Shown: positions 1 through 12,060 of the stretch, piece by piece | Numbering within the stretch: position 1 is the stretch's first letter | How the letters are laid out: each line of letters starts with the position of its first letter | Source: Patellaria atrata CBS 101060 | Taxonomy: Eukaryota | Length of the DNA stretch: 64,000 nucleotides | NCBI GenBank assembly: GCA_010093705.1 | Contig: MU006097.1 | Span: 796,298-860,297 of the forward strand | Direction of reading: 5' to 3' | Translations under genes and position numbers: made by a program | Notes under the pieces: model-generated | Seen by the model: only the letters and a program-made list of their open reading frames with translations | Database searches by the model: none | Told to the model about the DNA's origin: nothing

Positions 1-2
1 AG

Positions 3-311
3 ATACACGCATTATGCTATAACCACCCGCTCTCCACGAAGCCAATGACCAACTGCATCCCTATCGTCTGCGCGGACCTGATGGCCTACCGCGCCCGCTG
101 CTACCTGCATCATTGGAATCTGGGCCGCTATTCCATCCCCGTCCAGCGCCGTGAACATGAGCAGAAGAGGCTGTTAAATAAGCGGGCTGCGGTTGCGCTG
201 CATGCCTCGCAAAGGTGGGACTATAGAATCCACCCGTATTTAGAACATCAGACGCGGAAGGGGTGGAATGCGTGGCATCCGAGTTTGGATGAGGTGGTGT
301 TCTACCTCTAG
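3..311 (+). CDS. C-terminal end (PIWI domain) of a divergent Argonaute-family protein; 5' part lies outside the window
   Basis: Frame from nt 3 reads IHALCYNHPLSTKPMTNCIPIVCADLMAYRARCYL...WHPSLDEVVFYL*. This matches the Argonaute end pattern LCY....T...S...P.YYADL.A.RAR.YL ... H..L...MFY[LI]*. AG at 1-2 may be a splice acceptor. Confidence 0.75.
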   Translation: MHALCYNHPLSTKPMTNCIPIVCADLMAYRARCYLHHWNLGRYSIPVQRREHEQKRLLNKRAAVALHASQRWDYRIHPYLEHQTRKGWNAWHPSLDEVVFYL

Positions 312-1027
312 AGGTTGTTGCGCGAGGATGGGGATGGTTAGGGGGGTGAGGGCGCCTGTTGTGGTGAGGTATTGGGCGCCGGAATGTGGTCGGATGTCTG
401 TCAGGTGGAGATACGGCTATGCGCTGTTTGGGGCTTTTCTGTTAGGAAATGGATACATGCACCGGCTTTTGGGATAATGTTTTTAGAGATTACCGAAGAT
501 AGGAGATGGCTCGGTAGGGCGAGGATTAGCTGTTGTGAACTTCTTTATAACATGATGGTCAACAGTCCAGTCTGAAATCGAAGACATATTCATTCTAGTT
601 TCATGGTCTATTATTTATCTCCTAGCGCACCGGTAGAACGTTCATCGTGCCATTCCACCGCAATATGATTGTGTGGCGCTTCATTATCCATATCTGACCT
701 CAGAAGAACACGAGTGGTCCAAAGGCCAAGGCTACGGTAAGGAGGCGGGGGCAATGAAGTGCACAAGTCACATAAAAATATTTGATATAAGCAAGGTAAG
801 GTTACTTAACACCTTAAGGCTAGTTGTCAAGGTAGGTGATGATCTCTCCTTCTCGTAGTAGAATATCATTGTTGTATTAAAGTTATATCATTCCTCTACG
901 CAGAACTAGCTCTATAAGCACGCCCTCGTCGAAGGTATCCAAAAGCCTGACCATCTTTACCCCAACTCCCGGATTCCTTTGATAGACCGTTAACTTCCCC
1001 CACCCCCTTATCCACCTTCAAAGCACA

Positions 1028-4000
1028 TCAAATCTTCCCTTCATCTCCACCCTCAGACGTCTCCAAAACATGCCCCCAAACCCTCGGATACACATCCCTC
1101 ACACTCCCCCTCCCCATCCACAAATCCAAATGCCCATACCCCCGCACAACCTTTCTCCTATAATCCCCCCCACTGAACCTCTCCCTCAGCACCTCGCACG
1201 CGCGTCCCGTACTCTCAGGTACAAAAACCACATTCTTCCCGCCCGCCAAAAACAGCACCTTCAACCCCCTGAACCTCTCCAAGCCGTCCGCGGTCACCAA
1301 ACTCCTGCCCTCATTATCGCACGCCTCGCCAGCCGCCCCCATGGCGGTAAGATGGGAGAGGAAGTCCATGTGTAGCCCGTTGAAGAAGGAGTGGAGGTGG
1401 GAGTGCGTGGCGCGGTTGAGGTTAGCGTGGACCCAGAGGCGGCCGAAGGCCAGGGAGCAGCGGTGGCAGGTGGGATCGTTGCAGAGGTCGGGGGCGCGGG
1501 TTGGGTAGAGGCGGAGGAGGGTGTCTAGAGCGCGGTGGAAGGGGGTTTCGTGTGTAGGGTGAGGGGTGGTTCGGAACCAGGTGTCGCGGGCAAGGAACTG
1601 TAGATACGGTTAGTATGACATTAGAGAGATGAAGAGGATAAGGGATGTGGTTTACTCTATATAGCTTTGGTAGGAGTTTCGGTCCCAGCGCTACCTTCCA
1701 CCGATTCACGGCGCCGAACTTTTGGTAGAAAAACGCTTGGCTGACTGTCATGCCTTGGAACCAGTCTGCGGGGACTAAGCCCTCGAGGAGCGCCATTGAG
1801 GTTGATATCGCGCCGACGCAGTGGGTTACGACGTAGAACTTTCGGTTTTGATATTGTTCTCTTACGTACCGCATTGCGGCTACGACGTCGAGACGGGCGT
1901 CATAGGCTGTGTGTCCTTCTTTGACAGATGGCGAGATGCCGAAACGTAGTGTGGTTACGTAGGCGGTATGGCCACGGGAGGTGAAGTATTCGACTGTGTT
2001 TGTGGGGATTGTTGGGAGGGCGAAAATTTGATCGTCGACGGCTGCCCCGGGGATGAAGAGAATGGGAACTTTACTTTCGGATCTAGGGGTAGAAGGGGTA
2101 ATATCGGGGGTCCATACTTTCATGATAGTCTGGATACCATCGTCGGCGGTGAGTGTTACGGTCTGAGATGGGGGGATCTTTGGTAAATATCCTTCTGTTC
2201 CTGAGGCTGGAAGAGAGAATGGGCGGAACGGACTGAAGATGTAGCCTGCGGTATTGCGAGCGAAGTAACGTATGAATTTCCATTTCCCTGTTTTCCTCCT
2301 TGAGGGCTTTGTCTCGGTGGATGATCTGATGGTTTTCAGTTCTGATACAAAATTGCTCCAGCTGATCTTCAATTTTCCTTTACCGGCTAAGGTACCGTCA
2401 GGATGCTTGATGGTTGTGTACAGAGTTGTTGTTGCTCTCCAAGCCCCTGAGACGGAAAATGCTATACTCGAATCGATATTCTTTAAACCTTCCAGAAGAT
2501 ATGTCTCGTTGTCCGTGCTCAATAGACTCAACTTATACACGATACTCTTTGCATCCGATACATTCTCATCAGGGATAAAGAATTGGACTTTTCCACTGGT
2601 AATCAGGAGTGGTTCCTTTGATAATGCGACACAAGCAAATGAGCCAGTCGCAGGAGCAGCGTGGTCGGGATCTCGTAATACTACTTCAGTTAGCAAGAAA
2701 GGGAAACGGGAGAAAGGCATGTCCACACACATATGTCCACATCTTGAGCATTTATACTCAAATACAACCTCCCAAGGCTCGCACATCCTATGGCCGTGTT
2801 CTCAGCTAGGTCAAAATCATCGATGTCGCTTCCGATGTGAACATAGCCCTCCATAGTCTCCGTAAAGCGAATTCCGCCATCATTTTCAGCGAAGTCAGTC
2901 GTCGTCCTCGCGTGAGTCTCTTTATGTATCATATCACGAGACTGTGTAGGTTTGCCGAAGAGATTGAGTTCCCCATTTTCGCTTTGATCAATAGTCCACC
3001 CGCGCTGGTGTGCTATCAAATCAACGGACCGTTCGGCTAGTGCAGTTATTGTCGCAAGTGGATTGACTCCTTGAAAATGAGCATAAGTAAGAGCAAGATA
3101 ATACATACGTAAAGGAAAGCTCACCTAACGAAGAGGGTATAATTGCGCCGTCTACACACACCAAACCCTCGTAAATTTCACTTCCGTTGCCCGTAAATAC
3201 CTGGCCAAGATGATTCGTCGCGCCTTTACGGCCTGTATTGTCAGAGCTCATGATCGCTCCTCCAAGGGGATGTACCGTTATCTGTTTTTTGGAGTTGAAA
3301 GCTGCCCGATTGATATTAGCACTGTCTTTTCCAAAGGGATAACATCATCGTACCAGCGTAAAACGGCGAGTTGATTAAAGTACCGCCGATTCCATTCGTG
3401 GCTTTTTCTAATATCTTCTTGATATGTTGAACATGCTCGGTTCTTGTGACCCCTGAGAACTCCAAGCATGGACTATCATTTTCAAGAGTCAAACTGCCTT
3501 CATTAGTATCATGTGACATGATCAAATATGTCTGTGTTCGATTGACACTGCTCCCTTTAGCGTAGGGTCCCCTAATCCTATTCTTCATTCGTGAGCTAAA
3601 GTGTCTCAGTCGTTGTGGCATCGTAAACGGTTTAGGATGTATCTTTCCCGGAAGAGCTTCTAGAACAGGCTGGACCAATGGAGCAAGAACTTTAGGAATT
3701 GCCCCTTCTTGGATGACATGACCATCGAGTACATTTGGAGCGGCTTTCGGACCCCGGTTATCGATGATTCCTGTTATTGTTGGTCCACAAGGAACTCCTT
3801 TGGATGACGTTTCACGACCGATTCCATTGACGATTTCGTCGCTGTTGTAACCAAATGCTAAGAAATCACCATTTCCCGATAGCTTTTGACCAATCACGGG
3901 AGATAATGATAAACCATGAGCCTGTGAACGTAGTAAGATTTCCGTAGTCCCTAATGCACCCGCACCGAGGAAACATATCTCCCTCTATTGTACGTTAGGT

Positions 4001-5153
4001 TATAACACTACAAATTGTTTGGAGGGTTAACTTACCGCTTTGACCCACATAAGTTGACTGTAAAATACTTTTTTGAATGAACTTCGGTGGTAACCATGCC
4101 ACGCGAAGAATATAGTATAACCTGAGCCCTCCTTGTCTTTGCGAATATACCTTACCTCGCATTCACAGAATAGTTCTGCTCCCCAGTTCCAGGCATCCGC
4201 GATATAAGTCATCAGCACCGAGTTCTTAGAGCCATCATTCACACCGGTCATATCTTGGCCGGACCCTGTTGATGCGTTCATCCTGACCCCAGTACTGTTG
4301 AGTCCATTGTGGAAGAAGGTCGTCTGAGGAACTCGATAGAAGTTCTCCTCTAAACCTAGTATCCTAGACTGTTCTTGTAGAACTGAGAGCTTCTGTAGGT
4401 TGGGATAGTCCTTCGGATACTGAGTTGGTTGTAGCATTTTAGCGGCAGCAGCATAATCTAAGTTGGATTAGATTGGTAACTGTACATGGTTAGGAGACCT
4501 CTTACACTTCTTTAGTGAAAACGGGTCTTTCCGAATACTTTCAGGCCAGGCGTCCAACTCGAGAGTTCTTTTATCACACTCCAAGAACACATTGGCATTT
4601 ATCAGAGATGTACCTCCTAGACCTATGATATGTTAACAACGGGGAAAGCAGAAGGAGATAGCATGTATACCGTTTCCCACTAAAGCGTTCTGTCCATCAC
4701 CAAGAATAAGATGATAGAGTCCTGTTGTCTTCCCCAATTTAGAGTTCTTAAACAGTCCAGTACTCTTGCAATAATGACCAGAGATATGCAGTTCCGACTT
4801 AGCAGCTTTGAGGCCGCTCGGATATTGTCCAGCTGGTATATCCATTTAGCTTGATGATTTTGCAAATAAGAAAGTTGTTCTCACTTACGCCATTTCTCCT
4901 TACCCAGCTCTAGAACTGCAACCGACTTCCCAGCTCTTGCTATTCTGCTCGCTGCGACACCACCTCCATAACCTGATCCTACGACCACAACATCATACTC
5001 GGGCCTCATTGCCGACACTGAACGGCTCAGTACCGGATACGTCTTACCATTGGGAGCCGAGCCGGGTACCAGAGGTTCGGTTTCTGTTTCCCCTGTCCTT
5101 GCCCCCGCATTCGGTCTCCAATAGGGGAGATGCCCGCCTTTGACGTCTGCCAT
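1028..5153 (-). CDS. GMC oxidoreductase (cholesterol-oxidase-like) fused to a C-terminal alpha/beta-hydrolase-fold domain; 9 exons
   Basis: FAD motif YDVVVVGSGYGGGVAA, GNGLGGTSLINANV, GAGALGTTEILLRS, TVHPLGGA, VDGAIIPSSLGVNP; C-terminal VTHCVGA and GYGHLDLWMG. Exons about 5153-4889, 4832-4671, 4622-4506, 4457-4036, 3984-3354, 3301-3125, 3069-2731, 2680-1656, 1597-1028 join in frame with GT-AG introns. Confidence 0.85.
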
Positions 5154-6775
5154 AGTGGTGGGATTGGAAAGAAGATTCCACAACATTCTGTCAACGTGAA
5201 GGAGGAACCTATATAATCGTTGAGAGATTTTAGAACAAAAGCTAGCTTGTGAAAGCCCTAAGCCCAAGGTCGCCCAATTTCAGCTATGAGGTTAGTGGCA
5301 GTGTCGCCTCGTGGATAGTCAACGACTAAGAGCCAGTTCCTGATACACTCGGCCGAATGCTTGTCTTCAAAACGCTTCTGAGCGTCCAATAATAGCCTCT
5401 AGAGTTAAGCTATCAGAACTAGGGCTAGGGAGTCGTTTCGGGTAGTAAAATCACTAGCGGATAGTCTATATGGAACACCATTCGACGATGCGACGCGAGT
5501 CTTGATATGTAGATATATCTCTGGAGAAATGTTAGGTTGCTTTGTAACCTCCTGTCATACTCATAGAGAGGATATATACTCAAATGAACCATTGTTTCTT
5601 TTTCACAATCTTCCCATCTGATCAATCCCTACATCCTAACCTCTAAATCCTAAGTACTTGTACTCGGGATGCTTCATACTGAAGACGGATTGCAAGGTAT
5701 ACGGAAGTACATCCTGATTCATCGACCTCATCAACGTCTTTGCCCTAGCTCTTCTCTTCCTTCACTGTTATTGGAGTAACTCATCAACCCTATCTAAATC
5801 AAGAAAAGGTAGGAATATGTTAGGACAATCCTCAATCTCACGCGTCATGCGCGCCTTGACTTTCTTTTCCCAGATGTCGGAGCTAACGAAGGACCCGACG
5901 CTCCGACTCCTACCTTTTCTCTGACCACCACCCATCCCTATCAGTGATTTCCACAAGAATCCCATTCCTACCAACAAGATTAACGTTTAAATGATGTTAC
6001 TCAGGTCTAAAGCGTCATGTACTGATACGGACAGGTTATAAAAGTTTTGATCAACCTTGGGAATCACCAGAATGTCAGTATGTTCACTATGTTGCTGATT
6101 CACATGTCCTATTATAAACAAGGCGACCAACAATGCCCACCAAGTAAGGATGATGTGCGTCTCGCGCAGAATCGAAATCCCTCAAGCTGCAGTCGTTGTC
6201 GATCTCCCGAATGTTAAGTGATCATTTGTTTCTTGCGATCCTGACTGAGAACCAGTAACAGATACCAGGCTCCTCTATCCTATATAAGGCACCTTATAAA
6301 TCAACCTCCATACGCAAACCCCCCTCTTCAGTATAAAAACTGTAGATGATCTTCTCAGCCTCGCTATTTCTTTAAAGTCTGAATCCTACTTTATCTCAAT
6401 CTTTTCGCTTATGGCTTTCTTTATCGTGATCCATACTCGTATGAGTTGGGCATCTAAGTTATGTATATAGCAAAGTACTTTATCCATCTTCAACCACACC
6501 AGAATTCAAAGAATCCCCATTCATTTCAGACACATTAAATCAAAATCGCAAAAAGTACAAATAACGCACACACACACAGAATATGACATCAAGAATCATC
6601 ATTGTAACTGTCTATATAACAAGCAGTTCAGAAGGAAGCCTCAGCTAGGTCACAACAGAAATACATCGCGAAAGCCCTATCGTACACCATCGCCCTCACT
6701 TTTCCTCCACTGTTACCTTCCCCCTTTCTGTCCCCTAATCCCCCTCAACAGCCCTCCCATCCTAAAACCTACAAC

Positions 6776-7938
6776 CTACAACTTAAGCGCCCTCCTCGCC
6801 TTCCCCATCCTCCTCTTCGCGCTCGCAGCTTGCGCAAGCAACTGATTGAACGTATCAGCCGTAGCCTGGTTCCTGGTACCAAGAGCTGCAATCTGCGCCT
6901 GCGCGTCCCTGCACGCGTCGATGCCGGCCTGGTTCGCCTCGCAGACGTTGATCAGCTGGTCGCAGACGCGGTTGGTAATGATGTTGGGGTTGAGCGCCTC
7001 TTGCTGCCCTTCGGCGACGAGCGGGTCGATTGGGATGAAGGTGAATTCGTCGGCGGGACGGCCGCCGAGACCGCCTTCGAATTTGATGGAGGGGTCGCAG
7101 ATGCCGAAGGAGACGCCGCCGGCTGCGGCGCCGTCGTTGTTGTCGGCGGCATTGTCGTTCATGGCGTTGTCGGCAGCGTTATCGTTGTTCATGGTGTCGT
7201 CAGCGGCGTCATCGGCAGCATTATCATCTGCAGCTGGGGCTTGCACAACGCCAGCACACTGGTCTGCGATATTACCAGCTCCAGCATCGGCACCAGCATC
7301 GGCGTCAGCACCAGCATCAGCGTCGGCTCCAGCGTCAGCATCAGCACCAGCACCAGCACCAGAGTTATCAACAGTAGCACCACCGGCATCCTGAGCGATG
7401 AACTCAGTGAATCCATTGGCAGCCAAGAGGTCTGCAATGCTCATGCCATCCGCGTCAAGTGGAGTCTGAACAGTCTGAGCAGACAAAGCATTCGCAATAT
7501 CCGCATCCGTGAAAGCGGGATCGATCAAGGGGGTGATACCCCTAAGAAGGGGGTTCTGCGGGAGCGTTGGGTCACTGCAAACGGTCGGGACGGTTGCGGC
7601 GAAGGGGTTGACATTCTTCTCTGCGGCTACCATGCCGATGGCTGCTGCGACGGCATCGGCGCCCTCACCCAGGTCGGTGAGGATCTGGTCGGCGGTTACG
7701 AGCTTGTCGCAAGCGTTTGTGCCGGCGAGGAGGTCGGAGACAGCGGCGCCAGCAATGGTCTGGGCGGCGCCGGGTTCACCGCCATTGACGGCCGCGATAG
7801 CACCAATTGGGATCTGTTCTTGACCGAAGCTATGATGGGGAAATTAGAAACCAGTTCCTAGAGTTTAGATGAGAAGGAAGCTTACCGAGCTTCTGCCACA
7901 GCAGCAAGGACTGCAATGAGGACGGATTGGGAGTACAT
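6776..7938 (-). CDS. Secreted Cys-containing protein with an acidic Ala/Asp/Gly low-complexity linker (probable cell-wall or extracellular protein)
   Basis: Signal peptide MYSQSVLIAVLAAVAEA-RFGQEQ after removing intron 7885-7830. Central GADADA and DNAA repeats; C-terminal domain ALNPNIITNRVCDQLINVC..ACRDA; strong codon bias. Confidence 0.8.
7135..7360 (-). repeat. Imperfect coding tandem repeats: GADADA (18-nt unit, about 4 copies) and NDNAAD-type repeats
   Basis: Visible in the translation (GAGAGADADAGADADAGADADAGADAGAG; NDNAADNAMNDNAADNND) and as gcatc/gcacca periodicity on the + strand. Confidence 0.8.
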
Positions 7939-9000
7939 TTTCGTAGCAGGAAGATATATTTTGACAATGAAGAAAGAAGGTAAAAATGGCAATGCAACAA
8001 TTGGACTAGGCTAGCCTGAGTAAGAAGTGAATGACCGACCGGCGGGTAAAGCAAAAAAAAGGGTACAAAGAAGGAATGACAGTAAGAAACTGAAGCTGAT
8101 GACTCTCGAAGTGTCGTGATGAGAAGACGAAAACCAATCCTCGCAGCATTGCAATCGCTCTTATATCAATCCATAGCTAAGACCCAAGCGCATCATGAAG
8201 CAGCCGCTCCACAGTGCAATGAGCACAGGGGATTTCTTGGTAGTTTCGCAACCTGCAATCACCTCAACAGGGTGCACTCGATCGACGCCAAGAGGGGAGT
8301 ATATAGACGGTTGAAGATGACCCAGGCGGCGCTACACTGTGAGCCTCATGCCTTAGGTTGTAATAAGTCTCATCGATTATAGCCTCGACCCGCTAAACAA
8401 ATCCGGTGGTGTTTAGAGTGATGGTAGTATGGGATTGTAGTCAGCGGGAAGAGTCGTGATGTTGAATCAGGGTTCTTCGCTTAGCCAAGTTTAGTAGTCT
8501 GAAGGAGAGGGTGTCGCATACCAGTTTCAGATATCTTTTTCGCAAGTATCACGAACATAATAAGGGTCTACTATACCCTAACTATTCAGTTAAGAGTATG
8601 GTCTTTGTCTGAGCAAGAAACCGGCTCAACAGGTTCCATGACTCCCTCAATATCAATGCTTCATGAACCGTTTCTAGAGTTCTTGGAGAACGTAAACACG
8701 TGCAATGACCAAGAAGGCAGATGGGCCATGCAAATATGTTGATTGGAGTTGCTAAGGAAAAAAGTGTACCAGATTCCTGGTCCATACGCCACATGAATGA
8801 TGCTCCGCGGTCCCGTCTTGAATATGTGCTCAGCGCTTGCAGGAGACACGGGCAAATGGTCTGAAACATAAAATGCAGTCGGGGAAGCAAACCACCCAGG
8901 TCACCATTTATGGTGAGCACGAAACCCAAAAGATCATTACCTCAGGAATCTAATGCTAAACAATATGCTGCACAAAACACAAAAACACAACTCTACTCTT

Positions 9001-10172
9001 CTAGTTCCTATCCAACCTTCTCCGCAAGTTACGGGTCTTCTTCATTAACTTCTTATACTTGTGCTTCTTCATCTTGAGTTTCCTTTGCCTCTTGACAGAA
9101 ATGAGCATCATTTCTTGTTGTTTTCTAATTGCCTTCTCCTCCCTTGATTCGTTGAATTGAAGTTGTCGCGATCTCATTCGATCTAGGAAAGGTTGATGAG
9201 CTGGTGTCTGGCGAATCACTATGTGAGCGTCTTCGCCTGTCCCTTGTTTCGGGGGTACCGGCACTTGAACAACTGGGGAAGTCGTGGCACTGTACTCTTT
9301 TGATCCATCACCGTACGTCGATTCGGTTACGATGATACTCGTACTCCACGCGACCTGTTTCTTGAGAGAACCTTGAGGAACAGGCTCGGATAGTTCTCCA
9401 TCACTGGCCTTGATGTTCTTCATCGGCTTAGGCGGAGGAGGAGGGTGGAAGGGTCGCATTTCCGGTTCTGATGCATATTGTTGGACAACCACGGTTGGCG
9501 GGCTGTCCAGATGTGTCGCAAAATCAGATCCCATTGATGCATTCAAGAATTCTTTCCTTGCGGCCCTCTCTTCATTGGAGATATAAGTTGACTCTAGACT
9601 ACTGATGGTATCCTGAAGGGTTCGTTCTATCAGCTTATGCGGTTCCGGCATTTCAAACAGATTGTTGAAAACTTCGGTTGTCGTAGGTTTGGGAAATCCC
9701 GTTGCATGTACTGATATGGGTCGATGAAGCGCGAAGAAAGATGCCAGGGACACATCTACATATTGTTAGTTGGGTACGATAATGAATACACAGACAGATT
9801 CCAACCTTTCTCTTGTAAATGGTTTGTCATCTGAACCACAGGGACCTTCAAAGCTGTTGCATTTCCTCCCTTTAATTGTGCAGCAGCGCCATTGTCCTTG
9901 GTTCTTCGTCGACCGCCACGTCCAGTCGTCCGTTTCTCTCCGTCAGCCTTGGGTTTGGCCGAGGTCTGACCTTGTGCTTCTGGTAAAGAATCCGATCCTC
10001 GAGCACCATCGATCTTCGAAGATGAATGGCGTCGCTGGTGAACTCTCCGGCAACATTGGGCGGACAGATGGGTCGGTAGAGCGCCTATTATTGGCGCATT
10101 GGAGGATCGACTGGTGGAGACAGATGATGTGCAGGTTGATCGTACCGCTCGTGATATCGAAGGGGCAAACAT
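9001..10172 (-). CDS. COX24: Mitochondrial small ribosomal subunit protein mS38 / Cox24 family (DUF1713)
   Basis: Arg/Ser-rich mitochondrial-type presequence MFAPSISRAVRSTC...; intron 9805-9756; diagnostic C-terminus SVKRQRKLKMKKHKYKKLMKKTRNLRRRLD. Confidence 0.85.
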
Positions 10173-10734
10173 TTCCAGCATGAACAGACCGTGTTGGGAC
10201 TCGTTCAGGGGTTGGGTCGATAATCGTTATGACGAGAGAGAGGGTGAAGTTGTTGATCAAAGGCAAGGCGAGGTCGCTGAATGTTTTACCGCAGTTCTAC
10301 CGTGAAAGCACGTGCCAAAAGGAAATAGCGATCCTTTGATATTCGGTGCAATTGTAAGAAAAAGAGGTGCATCAACTACTGTTATTATAATTGAATATAA
10401 CTAGTGGAGTTGGGTATCAATCCATTCATTTCAATATAGTATCATTTCGAGACGGTTGTCTTCGTCTTTCCACCTCCACCGTCAAAGTCGTTGAAAATTA
10501 CAACCCAAGAAGCAAAACCATAGCAGTTCCTCGCGAAAATATGCCACCAGTCTTCTCGTCAAATAAGCGTGGTAGCGCGAACCAAAACTCTTCGAGAAGA
10601 AATCGAATTACGGACGTTTGCCGCCCAAAGCAACGCCTTGAACGCCCAGGAGTCGTTACATCATGCCTATACAGGCCGCCTTTGGAAAAATCAAAATCAG
10701 GACTTAACAAGTCGACGCTCGAGGGTTTTGTATC

Positions 10735-12060
10735 TCACAGGATAAGCGCATTAAGGTTGCGTTGCACAATCATATCTTGAACTGAATCCATGGTCTTCTT
10801 CAAGAGATCCGTATCAGTCGCGTTCGTATAATGAACATAGACCTCCTTCTTCGGTTGTCGTACAAGGTTCTTGAATTTTCTAGCAAAGAACTCTTGCGCC
10901 GCTTCGATATCGTTGTTCTTTCCGTCGTAGTCTGGGAAGTGCTTGTTGATAGGGCTCATGCCCGAAGCAAGTTTATCTCGGAAGAGATCGATTTTATTCA
11001 AGAAAAGAATAAGGGCCGACTTTTCGAAGTATTTTGAATTTGATATCGATTCGAACAGCATCAAAGCTTCGTGCATTTGATTCTATACGCTCGTTAGTAG
11101 GTCGTTAACTTGTAAGTGGTAGTGAGGCATATCACTTACGCCATTCCTATCTTCAACGAGTACATGGTCGTATCCACTTATCGCTACAAGGAACAGTACA
11201 ACCTGGACGTTATCGAAGACATGTATCCACTTCTTTCGTTCTGATCTTTGACCACCAACGTCGAACATGCGATATGTGAGGTTACCTAGATCGAAGATTG
11301 TTTCGCTTATCCCTGTCGTCCGTAGTCGAGTGCGGAGGATATCCTGATCGGTTGGAAGGTAATCTCGTAGGAACAATCGCTCAATATCAGTAAAGAAACT
11401 GCAAGACTGTTAGCTGGTGTCTAAATATTTCCGAATAAATGATCCCAAGGGAGCCGTACTAGCTCAGATTGTCATGTAACGCATATTCATTTCCTTTGAG
11501 AATAGCCAGTTGAACACCCTTGTCCGCCCATAGACTCGTAAAAGCATGTAGGCACTCGGGCGGCATAGCATCATCTGGTCCGATCTCTGGGTCAGCAGCA
11601 ATGAGGTCGGCGTATCTCTATGTTACCAATTATCAGTCATGGTTGCTTTGTTACACGATCGGTGGCGATTGAGCGAAGGAAGGGGACCCACAAGGTTGTC
11701 CTCATCCTCAAAGTCCGTCTCTTGCTCTTGCATAGCGCTAAAGATGATCTGAAATGCGTTGACTAGATTGTTGAATATGACGACGCGCCATTGTTTCTTC
11801 TCTGATTTCGAGAAGCCGCCGGTATGTATAACTCGCATCTGCTTGAGGACTGTTGACTTGCCGCTTTCTCCAGCACCTATACGTACATATTGTTAGGACT
11901 CGGTTTGACCCGATCTGGAGGTTAGGCTACCTAGTAGTAACAGCTTCACCTCTCGCTCTTGTTTCTTTCTATCTAGACGTATGACCTTTTCAATCTCTTC
12001 ATTTCGCCTGGACTCCGGGTCCTCTTGTTTCTTGCCAAAACACATTATACCGGGTGCCAT
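10735..12060 (-). CDS. Heterotrimeric G-protein alpha subunit, fungal class II (GanA/GNA-2/MagC-like); 5 exons
   Basis: [47 protein letters not shown]. The N-terminus MAPGIMCFG has no Gly2, as expected for class II. Introns 11930-11877, 11691-11618, 11459-11399, 11139-11083. Confidence 0.93.

Noticed and set aside
6830..7861. 343-aa antisense ORF over the secreted protein
   Set aside because: Mirror of strong codon bias (Val/Gly/Ser-rich reverse frame); not independent coding evidence.
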